Virus record (IMG/VR): IMGVR_UViG_3300025277_002331
Span: 62,001-119,254 of that record
Strand: one strand, 5' to 3'
Source: an uncultured virus (IMG/VR IMGVR_UViG_3300025277_002331)
Lineage: Duplodnaviria > Heunggongvirae > Uroviricota > Caudoviricetes
Length of the DNA: 57,254 nt
The notes under the pieces were generated by a model. The model ran no database searches. It was not told the origin of the DNA and saw nothing but the letters and a program-made list of their open reading frames with translations. Positions 20,369 through 29,833 of this stretch are shown here, piece after piece (the stretch's first letter is position 1; each line of letters opens with the position of its first letter). Made by a program: the position numbers and the translations under genes.

Positions 20369-20841
20369 TTTCCCGTTCTGTTTCTATAGTGAGAATCAAC
20401 CATTCGTAAACCAGCGGCATAGCTTGGAACATTAGAGGAGAAAGTTATTCCTTTCTCTCTTACATCATAAATTTTAATACTACCGTTTTCTAAAATATAG
20501 ATACAGTCTGCGTTATTAATATTTATTTGCTTTACGTTCTCTTTTCTTTGCGTTAACTGATGATAACCATAAAGAGAACTTCTAAAGGACATGGTGTGAG
20601 GAACGTAAGCAGGACACGCCTGAATAGTCCATCCATGCGGAGTCCAAACCCAGCACATTTGGTTTGGCTGGTGGAAATGGTTGAAGTAAAGCTGAGAGGT
20701 GTGCAAGCGATTGGTTTGTATAGATTCTTCTACATTTTTAATAAAAATCTGAACATCTGCTGCTTGAGTATCTTCAATCGAGAGAAACGGAACGATTGCA
20801 GCAGACAAAACGCCGGTTTTTAAAAAGCTTCTTCTGTCCAT
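20365..20841 (-). CDS. Protein with twin-arginine (Tat) signal peptide
   Basis: MDRRSFLKTGVLSAA. Confidence 0.7.
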   Translation of the reverse strand: MDRRSFLKTGVLSAAIVPFLSIEDTQAADVQIFIKNVEESIQTNRLHTSQLYFNHFHQPNQMCWVWTPHGWTIQACPAYVPHTMSFRSSLYGYHQLTQRKENVKQININNADCIYILENGSIKIYDVREKGITFSSNVPSYAAGLRMVDSHYRNRTGK

Positions 20842-20850
20842 TGTTTTCTC

Positions 20851-21096
20851 CTAATTTTTATAGAAAGACAAGCGGGAAAATTCGTACCTTTTAGGGTCAG
20901 CAAACCCGCTGTCTAATTTTTTTCTGCTAGTAATATAGTACCCGTGTTCGTCCTCTAAGACAACTAGATTTTTATCAGAAAGTTCCTCGGTTTTTTCCTC
21001 GTCAATCATTGAAGAATGACTGCCGTATCTTGAGGGATAGGGATACTTTTCTGATTTTTGTGGTACTACTCTTCGTCTAATCTGTCTAGGCGGCAT
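20851..21096 (-). CDS. Hypothetical protein
   Basis: 81-aa ORF in run. Confidence 0.5.
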   Translation of the reverse strand: MPPRQIRRRVVPQKSEKYPYPSRYGSHSSMIDEEKTEELSDKNLVVLEDEHGYYITSRKKLDSGFADPKRYEFSRLSFYKN

Positions 21097-21553
21097 TCTT
21101 AATCGCCCTCTTAACTGGTTTTACGAAATAGTGACCGATAAATCCTCCAATACGAGACATCCCAAGTGATGTTCTGAGATAGTTCTCAAGTCTCGTAAGA
21201 GGGCAAACCTCTCTTGTGAATGTAACAGTAAGAATAAAACTGTTAACTGGAACCCACATCCATAGAGGGTACATAAAGGGAAGAACAAAGAAGGCCATTA
21301 TATTTACTACTATAATAAACATATGAAATGATACAATTGAGTATAGTATCGCTTTCTTGCAAAGATTTTCTCTCTTTGGCTTTCTCTCGTATAAAGCCTT
21401 CAGCATTTCTAGGCTTACTTTCAGAGAGTCGTTTTCGGTTTTTTGCCCTATCTCTTGTTCTAGACGCGCTGTTAGTTCCCTAGCTTGTTCTTCGTCTAGG
21501 TATTCATCAAGTATTTCAACTATATTGAGAGCTTCATTATTGCTAGTGGGCAT
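21086..21553 (-). CDS. Membrane protein, DUF2784-like C-terminal half
   Basis: Two TM segments then CPLTRLEN..R...GGFIGHY. Confidence 0.6.
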   Translation of the reverse strand: MPTSNNEALNIVEILDEYLDEEQARELTARLEQEIGQKTENDSLKVSLEMLKALYERKPKRENLCKKAILYSIVSFHMFIIVVNIMAFFVLPFMYPLWMWVPVNSFILTVTFTREVCPLTRLENYLRTSLGMSRIGGFIGHYFVKPVKRAIKNAA

Positions 21554-21570
21554 TATTGTATCCCTATTTA

Positions 21571-22431
21571 CTAGGTGTTATTTTCAGGACTGTCTACTAC
21601 TGCCCTTCCCTTCAAGCTTTCCCAGTCCTTCTCCGGCCTAACCATTAGGTTGGTATTCCATGCGCCACTTATTGTATTCGCTTGGATGCACATAGAGTGA
21701 GTCAGATGCATTAAAGCATTTAAGTCCTTGGGGAAACAGCTTCCTCCGAATCCGTAATGTCCATCTGGACCCGGAACCGACCAATGAGAACGTCCCAGTC
21801 TATCGTCGTAGAGAGAGTATTCCAGTACCTTATCGTAATCTATACCTAAACTTTCACAGATTGCATAAATTTCGTTGGCAAAAGATACTTTGACTGCTAA
21901 AAATGTATTGGTTAAATATTTAATCATTTCAGCAATTGTTGAATCAGTTTTTACTATGTCTGCGTCAGGAAATATTCTTGAATAGAATTGTTTTAGTAAT
22001 GTTGTTGCCGGTCTCGGACCACCAAGGATAACACGAGTGGTATTCTTAAAGTCTTCTTCTGCATTTCTCTCTAATAGGAATTCAGGATTGAAGACTATGT
22101 GAGAATCTTGGCATAGGTCTTGTAAAGATTTTGTAGTGTTGGGGGGTACTGTAGACTTGATTGCTATTATATTTTTTCTTCCGGTACTACAGGCTATTTT
22201 TACAACATCTGTAACTATTGATATGTCACAAGAGCCATCTTTATTCATGGGCGTAGGAACACAAACAAAGATAACTTCACAGGCTCTAGACAGTGATTGA
22301 ATGCTTGTGTGGGTAGACTTGTCTACTTGAAATTTATCGTAAGTGTATACATTATAATAATTTTCAAACGTATTACGCAAAGCGCTTCCAACAAAGCCCT
22401 GACCTATTATTCCTACATTTTGTATTTTCAT
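21571..22431 (-). CDS. UDP-glucose/GDP-mannose dehydrogenase family, short form lacking the C-terminal domain
   Basis: GIIGQGFVG, VCVPTP, KSTVPP, FNPEFL, AEMIKY, GFGGSCFPKD. Confidence 0.88.
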   Translation of the reverse strand: MKIQNVGIIGQGFVGSALRNTFENYYNVYTYDKFQVDKSTHTSIQSLSRACEVIFVCVPTPMNKDGSCDISIVTDVVKIACSTGRKNIIAIKSTVPPNTTKSLQDLCQDSHIVFNPEFLLERNAEEDFKNTTRVILGGPRPATTLLKQFYSRIFPDADIVKTDSTIAEMIKYLTNTFLAVKVSFANEIYAICESLGIDYDKVLEYSLYDDRLGRSHWSVPGPDGHYGFGGSCFPKDLNALMHLTHSMCIQANTISGAWNTNLMVRPEKDWESLKGRAVVDSPENNT

Positions 22432-23630
22432 AGCTTGTTTGCCGCTCTGTCTATAAAGACTACCGCCGAGTCCGCGTCTTGCTTTGAAAAGGTCAATGGT
22501 GGTCTAAGCCTAATTGAGTGGGTTCCAGACTTAAGAACAATCATGTCTTCTTGCAATAAAGAAACCATTTGGTCTCTTAGGTCAGGAGTATCTAAATCAA
22601 AAGCAATCATTAGACCCATGCCTCTAACATTAGAAATAATATCCAGATTATTTAGAGCATTTTCAAGATGGCTTCCGACCTCGTGTACGTTATCGACAAG
22701 GTTTTCTTTTTCAATAGCATCTATTATGTGTCCGAATCTAACCATATCAACAATATTCCCACCCCAAGTAGAATTAATCCTACCACTATCATTGAATACA
22801 TTGTGTTCCACCTCGTCTATCCTGTCAGTTGAGCAGAATCCACAGACTTGCGTCTTTTTACCAAAACACATCATGTCGGGAACTATTCCAAAATGTTCAT
22901 AGCACCACATTTTCCCTGTAAGGCCAACGCCAGTCTGAACCTCATCAAATATTAGAATAACGTCGTTATCGTCTGCCCACTTCCTCATTAGGGGGAAAAG
23001 TTCTGGGACAAAATGGTTGTCTCCACCTTCGCCCTGAATAGGCTCAACTACCATTGCGGCCACTCTGTCGTGCATCAATTCCTCTGCGTCCTCAATGCTC
23101 CATATTCTATTCCACTGAAACTTCGGAAACAAGTCTGTTTTTTCCGGCGTAGTGTTTGTCAGTGAGAGGGTGTATCCGGTTCTGCCATGAAAGGCATTAC
23201 CCAAATGAAAAACATCTAGGGTGTTAATGTCTTCGTCACTGGTTATCCCTAGCTTTTTTGCTTTCCAGTCGAACGCTGCCTTTAGTGCGTTTTCTACAGC
23301 TAAAGCACCCCCATCAATGAAAAAATAGTGACTAAAGTCTGGAGTGATGCTAGAAAACTTTTCTACAAATGTAGCATACTGCTCAGTATACATGTCGCTG
23401 TTGGCAATTTTATGCATGGCGACTTCTCCAAGCTCCTGCTTTGCATTTACCAACGCTTTATGATTCCAGCCAAGAGGCTGACTAGCGAACTGTGAATAAC
23501 AATCTAGATACTTGTTTCCATCTAGGTCTACTATCCAAGAACCAGAGCTTTTCTTCTGGTCAACAGCGAGATGAAACCCGTCGACTAGTATATGCTTTGA
23601 TAATCTATCTATAACTGAAGTGTTAGACAT
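22428..23630 (-). CDS. lat: L-lysine 6-aminotransferase (class III PLP, Lat-like)
   Basis: GALAVENALKAAFDWK, AFHGRTGYTLSLTNT, EPIQGEGGDNHF, DEVQTG, FGKKTQVCG, RINSTWGGN. Confidence 0.85.
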   Translation of the reverse strand: MSNTSVIDRLSKHILVDGFHLAVDQKKSSGSWIVDLDGNKYLDCYSQFASQPLGWNHKALVNAKQELGEVAMHKIANSDMYTEQYATFVEKFSSITPDFSHYFFIDGGALAVENALKAAFDWKAKKLGITSDEDINTLDVFHLGNAFHGRTGYTLSLTNTTPEKTDLFPKFQWNRIWSIEDAEELMHDRVAAMVVEPIQGEGGDNHFVPELFPLMRKWADDNDVILIFDEVQTGVGLTGKMWCYEHFGIVPDMMCFGKKTQVCGFCSTDRIDEVEHNVFNDSGRINSTWGGNIVDMVRFGHIIDAIEKENLVDNVHEVGSHLENALNNLDIISNVRGMGLMIAFDLDTPDLRDQMVSLLQEDMIVLKSGTHSIRLRPPLTFSKQDADSAVVFIDRAANKL

Positions 23631-24412
23631 TTTACCGCTCCTCCTGCTTTTATAAACTCCGACATGTCGCAGTAGTTTATTACGTTATCATAAAATACTG
23701 AAGCACAATCTTTAGAGGGAGTTATTATATTTTCACCTATGCAAATGCTATTGCAAACAAATTGTTTTGCAAGACCTTCGCATACATTAACTATATCAAG
23801 ATACTGATTGGTTCTCTGTGATTCATTTAAAAGAGTCTTTAACATCTTGTTTGCAGAACTATTAGAAAAAGCTTTTCTGTAATACACTACTCTGTTTTGT
23901 ATTGGTAGAAAACAGGTGTCCAAATGATAAAATCGAGGGTCTATTAATTCACAGGATGTATAGTCAACATTTAGTGCGGTAGCCACCAATTTGTGAGCAG
24001 CTAGGTCAGTTCTAAAACCATACCCCATAAATAGTATGTCGTTAAAAAATAAAGCATCCCCAGCACCTTCAAAATTAAGATGCTCGGGGATTTCAATGAC
24101 TCTATAATTATTTTTTAGAAACCAGTCTTTGTAATACTGTTTTTCTTTTTGTCTCTCTGGGTGTTTAAAATTGGATAATACAACAGTATTGCCCTTGACT
24201 ATTCCAGCGTTGGCAACAAACACCATGTCTGGAACTTTTGGTTCAGAGCTTATATATACAAGCTCTGCTCCGCATCTTAAAAGCGTATCGTGAAGTAAAT
24301 TCCATTGCTTTTCAGAGATTCGTTGGTCTGGTTTATTGTTTGTATCCATCCAAGGGTTTATTTCATACTCTATCGAGTAGCATGATGGATTGCATAAAAG
24401 TATTTTACTCAT
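23609..24412 (-). CDS. Amidinotransferase-superfamily enzyme, arginine dihydrolase-like (ArgZ/AgrE N-domain type)
   Basis: YEINPWM, PDMVFVANAG, FEGAGD, FYHLDTCF, EFIKAGGAVKCLTL (catalytic Cys). Confidence 0.8.
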   Translation of the reverse strand: MSKILLCNPSCYSIEYEINPWMDTNNKPDQRISEKQWNLLHDTLLRCGAELVYISSEPKVPDMVFVANAGIVKGNTVVLSNFKHPERQKEKQYYKDWFLKNNYRVIEIPEHLNFEGAGDALFFNDILFMGYGFRTDLAAHKLVATALNVDYTSCELIDPRFYHLDTCFLPIQNRVVYYRKAFSNSSANKMLKTLLNESQRTNQYLDIVNVCEGLAKQFVCNSICIGENIITPSKDCASVFYDNVINYCDMSEFIKAGGAVKCLTLQL

Positions 24413-24774
24413 GGCTTCCAGCCGGGTTCAGGTTGCTCTAGTTCTAAATCCTTTGTATAGTCTACTAGTAGCTCCTCTCCTGCAATTATATTCCTTAAAG
24501 TTACCAAGCCCTTGGTAAGGCCATCCGTAACTATTTTACAGTTTTCTCTTTCCTTAGAGTGATTGTATTGATTGTTTGGAGTTAGATTAATCCAGCCGCA
24601 CAAGGCTCCTACATAGTCTACTAATTCCTTATGCACATGTGTCACATGAAGAGTGGTGTCTTTTTCAATATCTGATACAGCAAAAAGTCCCTTGTCATGA
24701 ATTTTGCTATTATTGATTGTAACTTTATCATGAAGAACGCTGTTAATAAAATCTTTTTCTTCCATGAAAAACAT
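24409..24774 (-). CDS. SET-domain protein
   Basis: SKIHDKGLFA, YNHS, NIIAGEELLVDY. Confidence 0.82.
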   Translation of the reverse strand: MFFMEEKDFINSVLHDKVTINNSKIHDKGLFAVSDIEKDTTLHVTHVHKELVDYVGALCGWINLTPNNQYNHSKERENCKIVTDGLTKGLVTLRNIIAGEELLVDYTKDLELEQPEPGWKP

Positions 24775-26285
24775 TACTCGGTCCCAGCTTTCATTCCCTG
24801 TGGAAAGTTCAATGAGTCACCATGATTGACGGTCCACGAAACTTCGTGTGTAACCGCCCTAAAGGTTCTGGCTGCGCTAGGCTGTCCGTTTCCAGACTTC
24901 TTTACTCCTCCAAAGCCAAGATGACTTTCAGCAGCAATGCTACCGCCATTCCAATAGCCAAGGCCAAAGTCGCACTCGTTACGAATTCTTCTAGCAACTT
25001 TAAAGTTCTCCGTAACCACACCTAGAGCAAGTCCATAATCAGTATCGTTGTAAATCCTAATAGCATCATCAATTGTATCGTAAGGAATGATTGATACATG
25101 AGGTCCAAACACTTCTTGTTTGAGATATGGAACATCTCGCCACTCCGTTTGATATACAGTAGGTGTTAAGAACAGGCTGTCTTCTACCTGCTCTCCCATG
25201 AGTAGAACATTTGCTTCTGGGTCTGCGGCAACCATCTTATTGAACCAAACAACTCTATCAAGTTGTTTCTTGTTGATTAGAGGACCGTAAAAAGTGTCTT
25301 TTAAAAATGGGTTGCCGGTTTTGAGGTCTCCGCTCCTGTTAGCAAATTCGTCTGCAAACTTATCATATAGGCTTCTGTGAACAATCAGTCTGCTAGCAGA
25401 CACACAGCGTTGGCCAGATAGTTTGTAAGCGCTGGCCAAGCATGCAGCCATTGCCATCTCATAGTTAGCGTCCTCATGAATAATTACCGCTGACTTGCTC
25501 CCCATCTCACAAGAGCAGGTTTTATGCCAGCTTTCGGCACAGACCTTTCTTATGTGCATTCCCACCTCAGCACTTCCAGTAAAACAAACGTGGTCAACGT
25601 CTTGTCTAATAAGACCGTTGCCAACTCTTCCGTCTCCGTGAACAAGATTAAATACGCCGGGAGGAAATCCCGCATCGTTAAACAGTTCGGCGGTGATTTC
25701 TCCAACCAAGGGAGTGTCTTCACTTGGCTTTAGAATTACAGTGTTGCCTTCTACCAGAGCGGGTGCAGCGCACCAGAAGCCGCCAATAGCAAAAGGAAAG
25801 TTAAAAGGAGCAACAATCGCGACCACACCCTTTGGCTTGCGAAGCATATAGGCGTCTTTTTCAGGTAACTCAGACGCGAGTGCTTCTCCATAAGGCATTT
25901 TCCCGGTGCTGAAAGCGTACTGGGCCATGTGTAGAGCTTCATTTACCTCGGCAATAGACTCGTTGAAAACTTTTCCAGTCTCAAGGGTTATTGCTTCGGC
26001 AATTTCTTCACGCCTTTGTTCAACCAAATTGGCTAGAGTCAGGAAGTATTCAGCCCTTTTTACTCTGCTGTATTTCCTCCATCCCTGAAAGGAGTCTCTT
26101 GCAAACTGGTATGCAGATTCCACCTCTGGAATGCTGGCCTCGGGAAAAGTCCCGACTACTTCACCAGTAGCAGGGTTAATACTATCAAAAGACTCTGAAT
26201 TCTTATTGCAAATAAAGGAACCATTAATATAATGATTTCCAACCATATTTTGTCTGATAATTCCTTGATATGTAGTCATTTGCAA
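24774..26285 (-). CDS. NAD(P)-dependent aldehyde dehydrogenase (semialdehyde dehydrogenase candidate)
   Basis: APFNFP, KPSEDTP, FTGSAEVG, EMGSK, GQRCVS, QEVFGP, FGGVKKSGNG. Confidence 0.92.
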   Translation of the reverse strand: MQMTTYQGIIRQNMVGNHYINGSFICNKNSESFDSINPATGEVVGTFPEASIPEVESAYQFARDSFQGWRKYSRVKRAEYFLTLANLVEQRREEIAEAITLETGKVFNESIAEVNEALHMAQYAFSTGKMPYGEALASELPEKDAYMLRKPKGVVAIVAPFNFPFAIGGFWCAAPALVEGNTVILKPSEDTPLVGEITAELFNDAGFPPGVFNLVHGDGRVGNGLIRQDVDHVCFTGSAEVGMHIRKVCAESWHKTCSCEMGSKSAVIIHEDANYEMAMAACLASAYKLSGQRCVSASRLIVHRSLYDKFADEFANRSGDLKTGNPFLKDTFYGPLINKKQLDRVVWFNKMVAADPEANVLLMGEQVEDSLFLTPTVYQTEWRDVPYLKQEVFGPHVSIIPYDTIDDAIRIYNDTDYGLALGVVTENFKVARRIRNECDFGLGYWNGGSIAAESHLGFGGVKKSGNGQPSAARTFRAVTHEVSWTVNHGDSLNFPQGMKAGTE

Positions 26286-26800
26286 TCCTTGCTTGATTCC
26301 ATGAGATGTTTAACAGAATTTTGACAGAATCCCTTATCACCTCTTTCAATCAATTCGATAATAATTTCGCCTAGGTTTTTAAGTGGTTTGGTAAAAATTT
26401 GTCTCAGGTTGTCTTCTGGACAATCTATAACATCATCGGTAAGAAATTCTACTCCTGCCTCTCTCCATTCTTTAACCCTGCTGTCAATTTCTACAACCTG
26501 ATATGCCATATGATGAACACCACCAACCCCATCCCTCGCTTCAACCCACTGTCCGACTATCGAGTCCTCATCACCGTCAGATATAAATATTTCTGGGGCA
26601 ACATGCCTAAGACCTCCCGGTTCTATGTTAATAACATTAAACATTTTCTCCGGGGGAACCATAGCAATACATTTAGCAGTAGAATTATCATCGAAGACAA
26701 TCTCAAACTCGGTCCCAACTTTATATCCCAATATAGCGGACAAAAAGCTAGCAGCCTCTTCTCTAGATTTTACTCTGTATGCTATATGGTCTAGTCTCAT
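26276..26800 (-). CDS. VOC/glyoxalase-fold metalloenzyme resembling the HPPD C-terminal domain
   Basis: LDHIAY, GGVHHMAY, LRQIFTKP...IELIERG..GF (His-His-Glu metal triad). Confidence 0.75.
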   Translation of the reverse strand: MRLDHIAYRVKSREEAASFLSAILGYKVGTEFEIVFDDNSTAKCIAMVPPEKMFNVINIEPGGLRHVAPEIFISDGDEDSIVGQWVEARDGVGGVHHMAYQVVEIDSRVKEWREAGVEFLTDDVIDCPEDNLRQIFTKPLKNLGEIIIELIERGDKGFCQNSVKHLMESSKDCK

Positions 26801-26802
26801 CT

Positions 26803-27252
26803 TTATGCCTTGATATTGTAAGCAATTCCCTTGCCATCAGTATCTAATTCTTCTATTATTAAATTTCCGTATTTATCTTTATCCTTCAATGCGTCAACCT
26901 CTTTCCATACTTCATCCCAGCCAGATTCATCATCTCCTCTAACTCTGGCCGCTTTGTCGTCAATATAAAGAGCACCGGCTGGCTTTCCCATCCAAGCGCA
27001 GGTGTATTTTACACCATATTTCTCTAACCAATCGGTCCATTCTCTATATCCACGTTCATACTGACGATGTATATTTCCGGTTTCTCTATCCCCATACCTT
27101 GCAGTATACAGGATAATTTCATATCCCATATCGTATAGCTTATTTACTTGCTCTATGCCGTGTTTTAAAGGTCCAGCATTTGCGTAATTGCCACCATTGT
27201 TTTTGTCGGCAATAACCCCATCACAATCTACTATGAGTCTCTTGGTAGTCAT
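26803..27252 (-). CDS. HAD-superfamily phosphatase
   Basis: VDCDGVI, YTAR, GKP...YIDDKA. Confidence 0.8.
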   Translation of the reverse strand: MTTKRLIVDCDGVIADKNNGGNYANAGPLKHGIEQVNKLYDMGYEIILYTARYGDRETGNIHRQYERGYREWTDWLEKYGVKYTCAWMGKPAGALYIDDKAARVRGDDESGWDEVWKEVDALKDKDKYGNLIIEELDTDGKGIAYNIKA

Positions 27253-27269
27253 TACAAAACCTCTCTCAG

Positions 27270-27343
27270 TACCCTCGGCAGGACTCGAACCTGCAACCTA
27301 CGGTTTAGAAGACCGTTGCTCTGTCCTGTTGAGCTACGAGGGC
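27270..27343 (-). tRNA. tRNA-Arg (anticodon UCU)
   Basis: GCCCTCG/CGAGGGT acceptor stem, ACGGT-CTTCTAA-ACCGT anticodon arm, GGTTCGAGTCC T-arm; CCA not encoded. Confidence 0.93.
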
Positions 27344-27349
27344 GCAATT

Positions 27350-27604
27350 CTATGCGCTACCTCTGCCCAAAACGGTCTCAGTTTTAAAAATATGCTCCCC
27401 ACTATGAACTGAATACGGCCTTCTTTCAGAAGGAAATCCCGTTTCAGTAACCATAAAAGTATCGCTAAGATTAACAGACTTATTTATACTGTCATTACCA
27501 AATTGTGCCGATATAATTTTTATTACTTTTAAACAGGCGCCAAAAGGAGTCTTTGATTCCGTTATAATCTTAATGTCGCCAGATTCGATGTAAAATTTAG
27601 CCAT
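27350..27604 (-). CDS. Hypothetical protein
   Basis: 84-aa ORF in run. Confidence 0.45.
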   Translation of the reverse strand: MAKFYIESGDIKIITESKTPFGACLKVIKIISAQFGNDSINKSVNLSDTFMVTETGFPSERRPYSVHSGEHIFKTETVLGRGSA

Positions 27605-27779
27605 CTTTATCCTTATCGGGGTTCCTTATGGGAGTAATCCGCTCTCTATTGTCCCACTGGATTTTTTCTATCTCCTTTTGAAGTTTCCTCTCCTCTCTCT
27701 TGAGAGTTCTTCTTTTAAGGAGCTTCTGTCTAACCCGTTTCTCTCTGGCTTTCTTTTTTTGGTCTCTTTTTTTTGGCAT
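27597..27779 (-). CDS. Small basic hypothetical protein
   Basis: Lys/Arg-rich 60-aa ORF. Confidence 0.45.
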   Translation of the reverse strand: MPKKRDQKKKAREKRVRQKLLKRRTLKREERKLQKEIEKIQWDNRERITPIRNPDKDKDG

Positions 27780-28044
27780 TTGGAAGTTCTTCCGCTGTAA
27801 TTGTTACTTTGTATCTTGTTTCTCCAAACAAATCGCAACCAATTGCGTGCATCACATCTTCAATAGTTGTAAAGTTTGTTCCTAACACACAACCTGTGCC
27901 GCCATCTTTGCCAAAAATTTTGCTTTGAGTTCTGGGTGTAATCTCAGTAAACCTAAAACTGGTTCTAGATATCCCGTCTAGTTTGCAATTAAAGTGAATC
28001 TTTTTGACACTATTTTTCTGGTTCTGTGAAACGTAGTTAGTCAT
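27730..28044 (-). CDS. Hypothetical protein
   Basis: 104-aa ORF with AAGGA RBS. Confidence 0.5.
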   Translation of the reverse strand: MTNYVSQNQKNSVKKIHFNCKLDGISRTSFRFTEITPRTQSKIFGKDGGTGCVLGTNFTTIEDVMHAIGCDLFGETRYKVTITAEELPNAKKKRPKKESQRETG

Positions 28045-28092
28045 TTAGGTGTCCTTCCAAAATTTCCAAACAGTCCAACAAATTAATCATAG

Positions 28093-28427
<335 letters not shown>

Positions 28428-28583
28428 ATTTTATTTAGCGTCTCTCCATAGTAGATAGTTTACTATACCCCAAAGTATGAAGTAATTCGATTCTGATACG
28501 TTTCCATTGAAAATAAAGCTAACCACAGCCGTAATCCAACACAAACAATAAGCAAAATGTAAACAGGTCTTCATCATTTTAAA

Positions 28584-28655
28584 TACCCCCGGTGAGAGTC
28601 GAACTCACGTTACCGCTTTATAAGAACGGCGTTCTAACCGTTGAACTACGGGGGC
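28584..28655 (-). tRNA. tRNA-Ile (anticodon UAU)
   Basis: GCCCCCG/CGGGGGT acceptor stem, CCGTT-CTTATAA-AGCGG anticodon arm, GTGAG-TTCGACT-CTCAC T-arm. Confidence 0.9.
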
Positions 28656-28661
28656 AGTTGT

Positions 28662-28847
28662 CTATAGCTTCTTTGCTATTTCTATAAATTCATCAGAAAG
28701 AAGAACTACTGTTTGTTTAGAAACAGTCTCGGTCCCATCAAACCAAGTTTGAATTATAGATACTTCTTTTTTCCCCGTAGATGTATAGGCTTTAGTTTCC
28801 CAATGGAAATCTCCCATACTCTCGTCACACTTATAAATAAGACTCAC
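28662..28847 (-). CDS. Hypothetical protein
   Basis: 61-aa ORF coupled to aldolase stop. Confidence 0.45.
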   Translation of the reverse strand: MSLIYKCDESMGDFHWETKAYTSTGKKEVSIIQTWFDGTETVSKQTVVLLSDEFIEIAKKL

Positions 28848-29833
28848 AGTTCACCCCATGTAGCGTTACTGCAATCTTTCGCCTTCTTTAAAAGTTGTTT
28901 TTGTGCTTCGTCTTTATGACCAAGCGACCATTGTTTTAGAGCGCTTTTCTGTAGCTCTCTACCGAACGAAAATGTTAAATACCAAGAATGAAACAAATCA
29001 GGAGACTCCTGATTCATAGCATTAAGGTTTTGTACAGACTCATCATTTGGTTGTCCACCACTAAGAAAAGCAATAATAGGAACAGCAGACGGAACCGTTC
29101 TCTTAAAGCAAGCTATTGTTAGTTCCGCAACAACCTCCGGTCGAATTCTTTTTTCATTCTTGTAACCAGAAACCACCATGTTCGGCTTGAGTATAATACT
29201 CTCAAGCTCTACCCTCTCTTTCCATAGTTCATGAAAAACACAGTGAAGACAGTGTTCAGTGATATTAAAGGACTTAAGAGCGCCGTGGTTTCCATCCATT
29301 AGAATTTCTGGTTCTATTATGGGAACTATACCCTCTTTCTGACACTTTTTTGCATAAATAGCAAGAGCGTTAGCGTTTGCTCTTAAGCAATTAACAGTTG
29401 TCTTTGGGGCCAGAACCGTCCTCCACTTGGCGAACTCGGCTCCGAGCCTTTTGTAGCCCCTGAGACGCTCTGAGAGGCCGTCAAGACCCTCTGTGAACCT
29501 CTCCCCCTGCATGTGAGAGTTGTATGGCTTCGCTCCGGTGTCAACCTTGATTCCAAGCGCTATTTTGGAATCAATCAAGGGTTTAATTGTTGCTTCATTG
29601 TTGATAGTTTCATCAAAAAGAATTACCCCGCTTATAAACTCTTGCAGTCCCTTAGTTGAAAAGATTGTATGACGATAATCGTGTCTGGTCTCTGGCGTTG
29701 AGGTTATACTCACTGATTCAAACCGACTCTTTATGGTCGGAATGCTTTCGTCCGCTGCCAATATTCCCTTTCCAAGAACATCCAGCTTAAGTATAATATC
29801 ACTCATCCCCATTGTTATAAATCCCCTGCTCAT
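28844..29833 (-). CDS. Class I fructose-bisphosphate aldolase
   Basis: GKGILAADES, GIKVDTG, TEGLDGL, FAKWR, VPIIEPEI, ILKPNMV (Schiff-base Lys), FLSGGQ, TFSFGR; true start may be 29806. Confidence 0.92.
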   Translation of the reverse strand: MSRGFITMGMSDIILKLDVLGKGILAADESIPTIKSRFESVSITSTPETRHDYRHTIFSTKGLQEFISGVILFDETINNEATIKPLIDSKIALGIKVDTGAKPYNSHMQGERFTEGLDGLSERLRGYKRLGAEFAKWRTVLAPKTTVNCLRANANALAIYAKKCQKEGIVPIIEPEILMDGNHGALKSFNITEHCLHCVFHELWKERVELESIILKPNMVVSGYKNEKRIRPEVVAELTIACFKRTVPSAVPIIAFLSGGQPNDESVQNLNAMNQESPDLFHSWYLTFSFGRELQKSALKQWSLGHKDEAQKQLLKKAKDCSNATWGEL

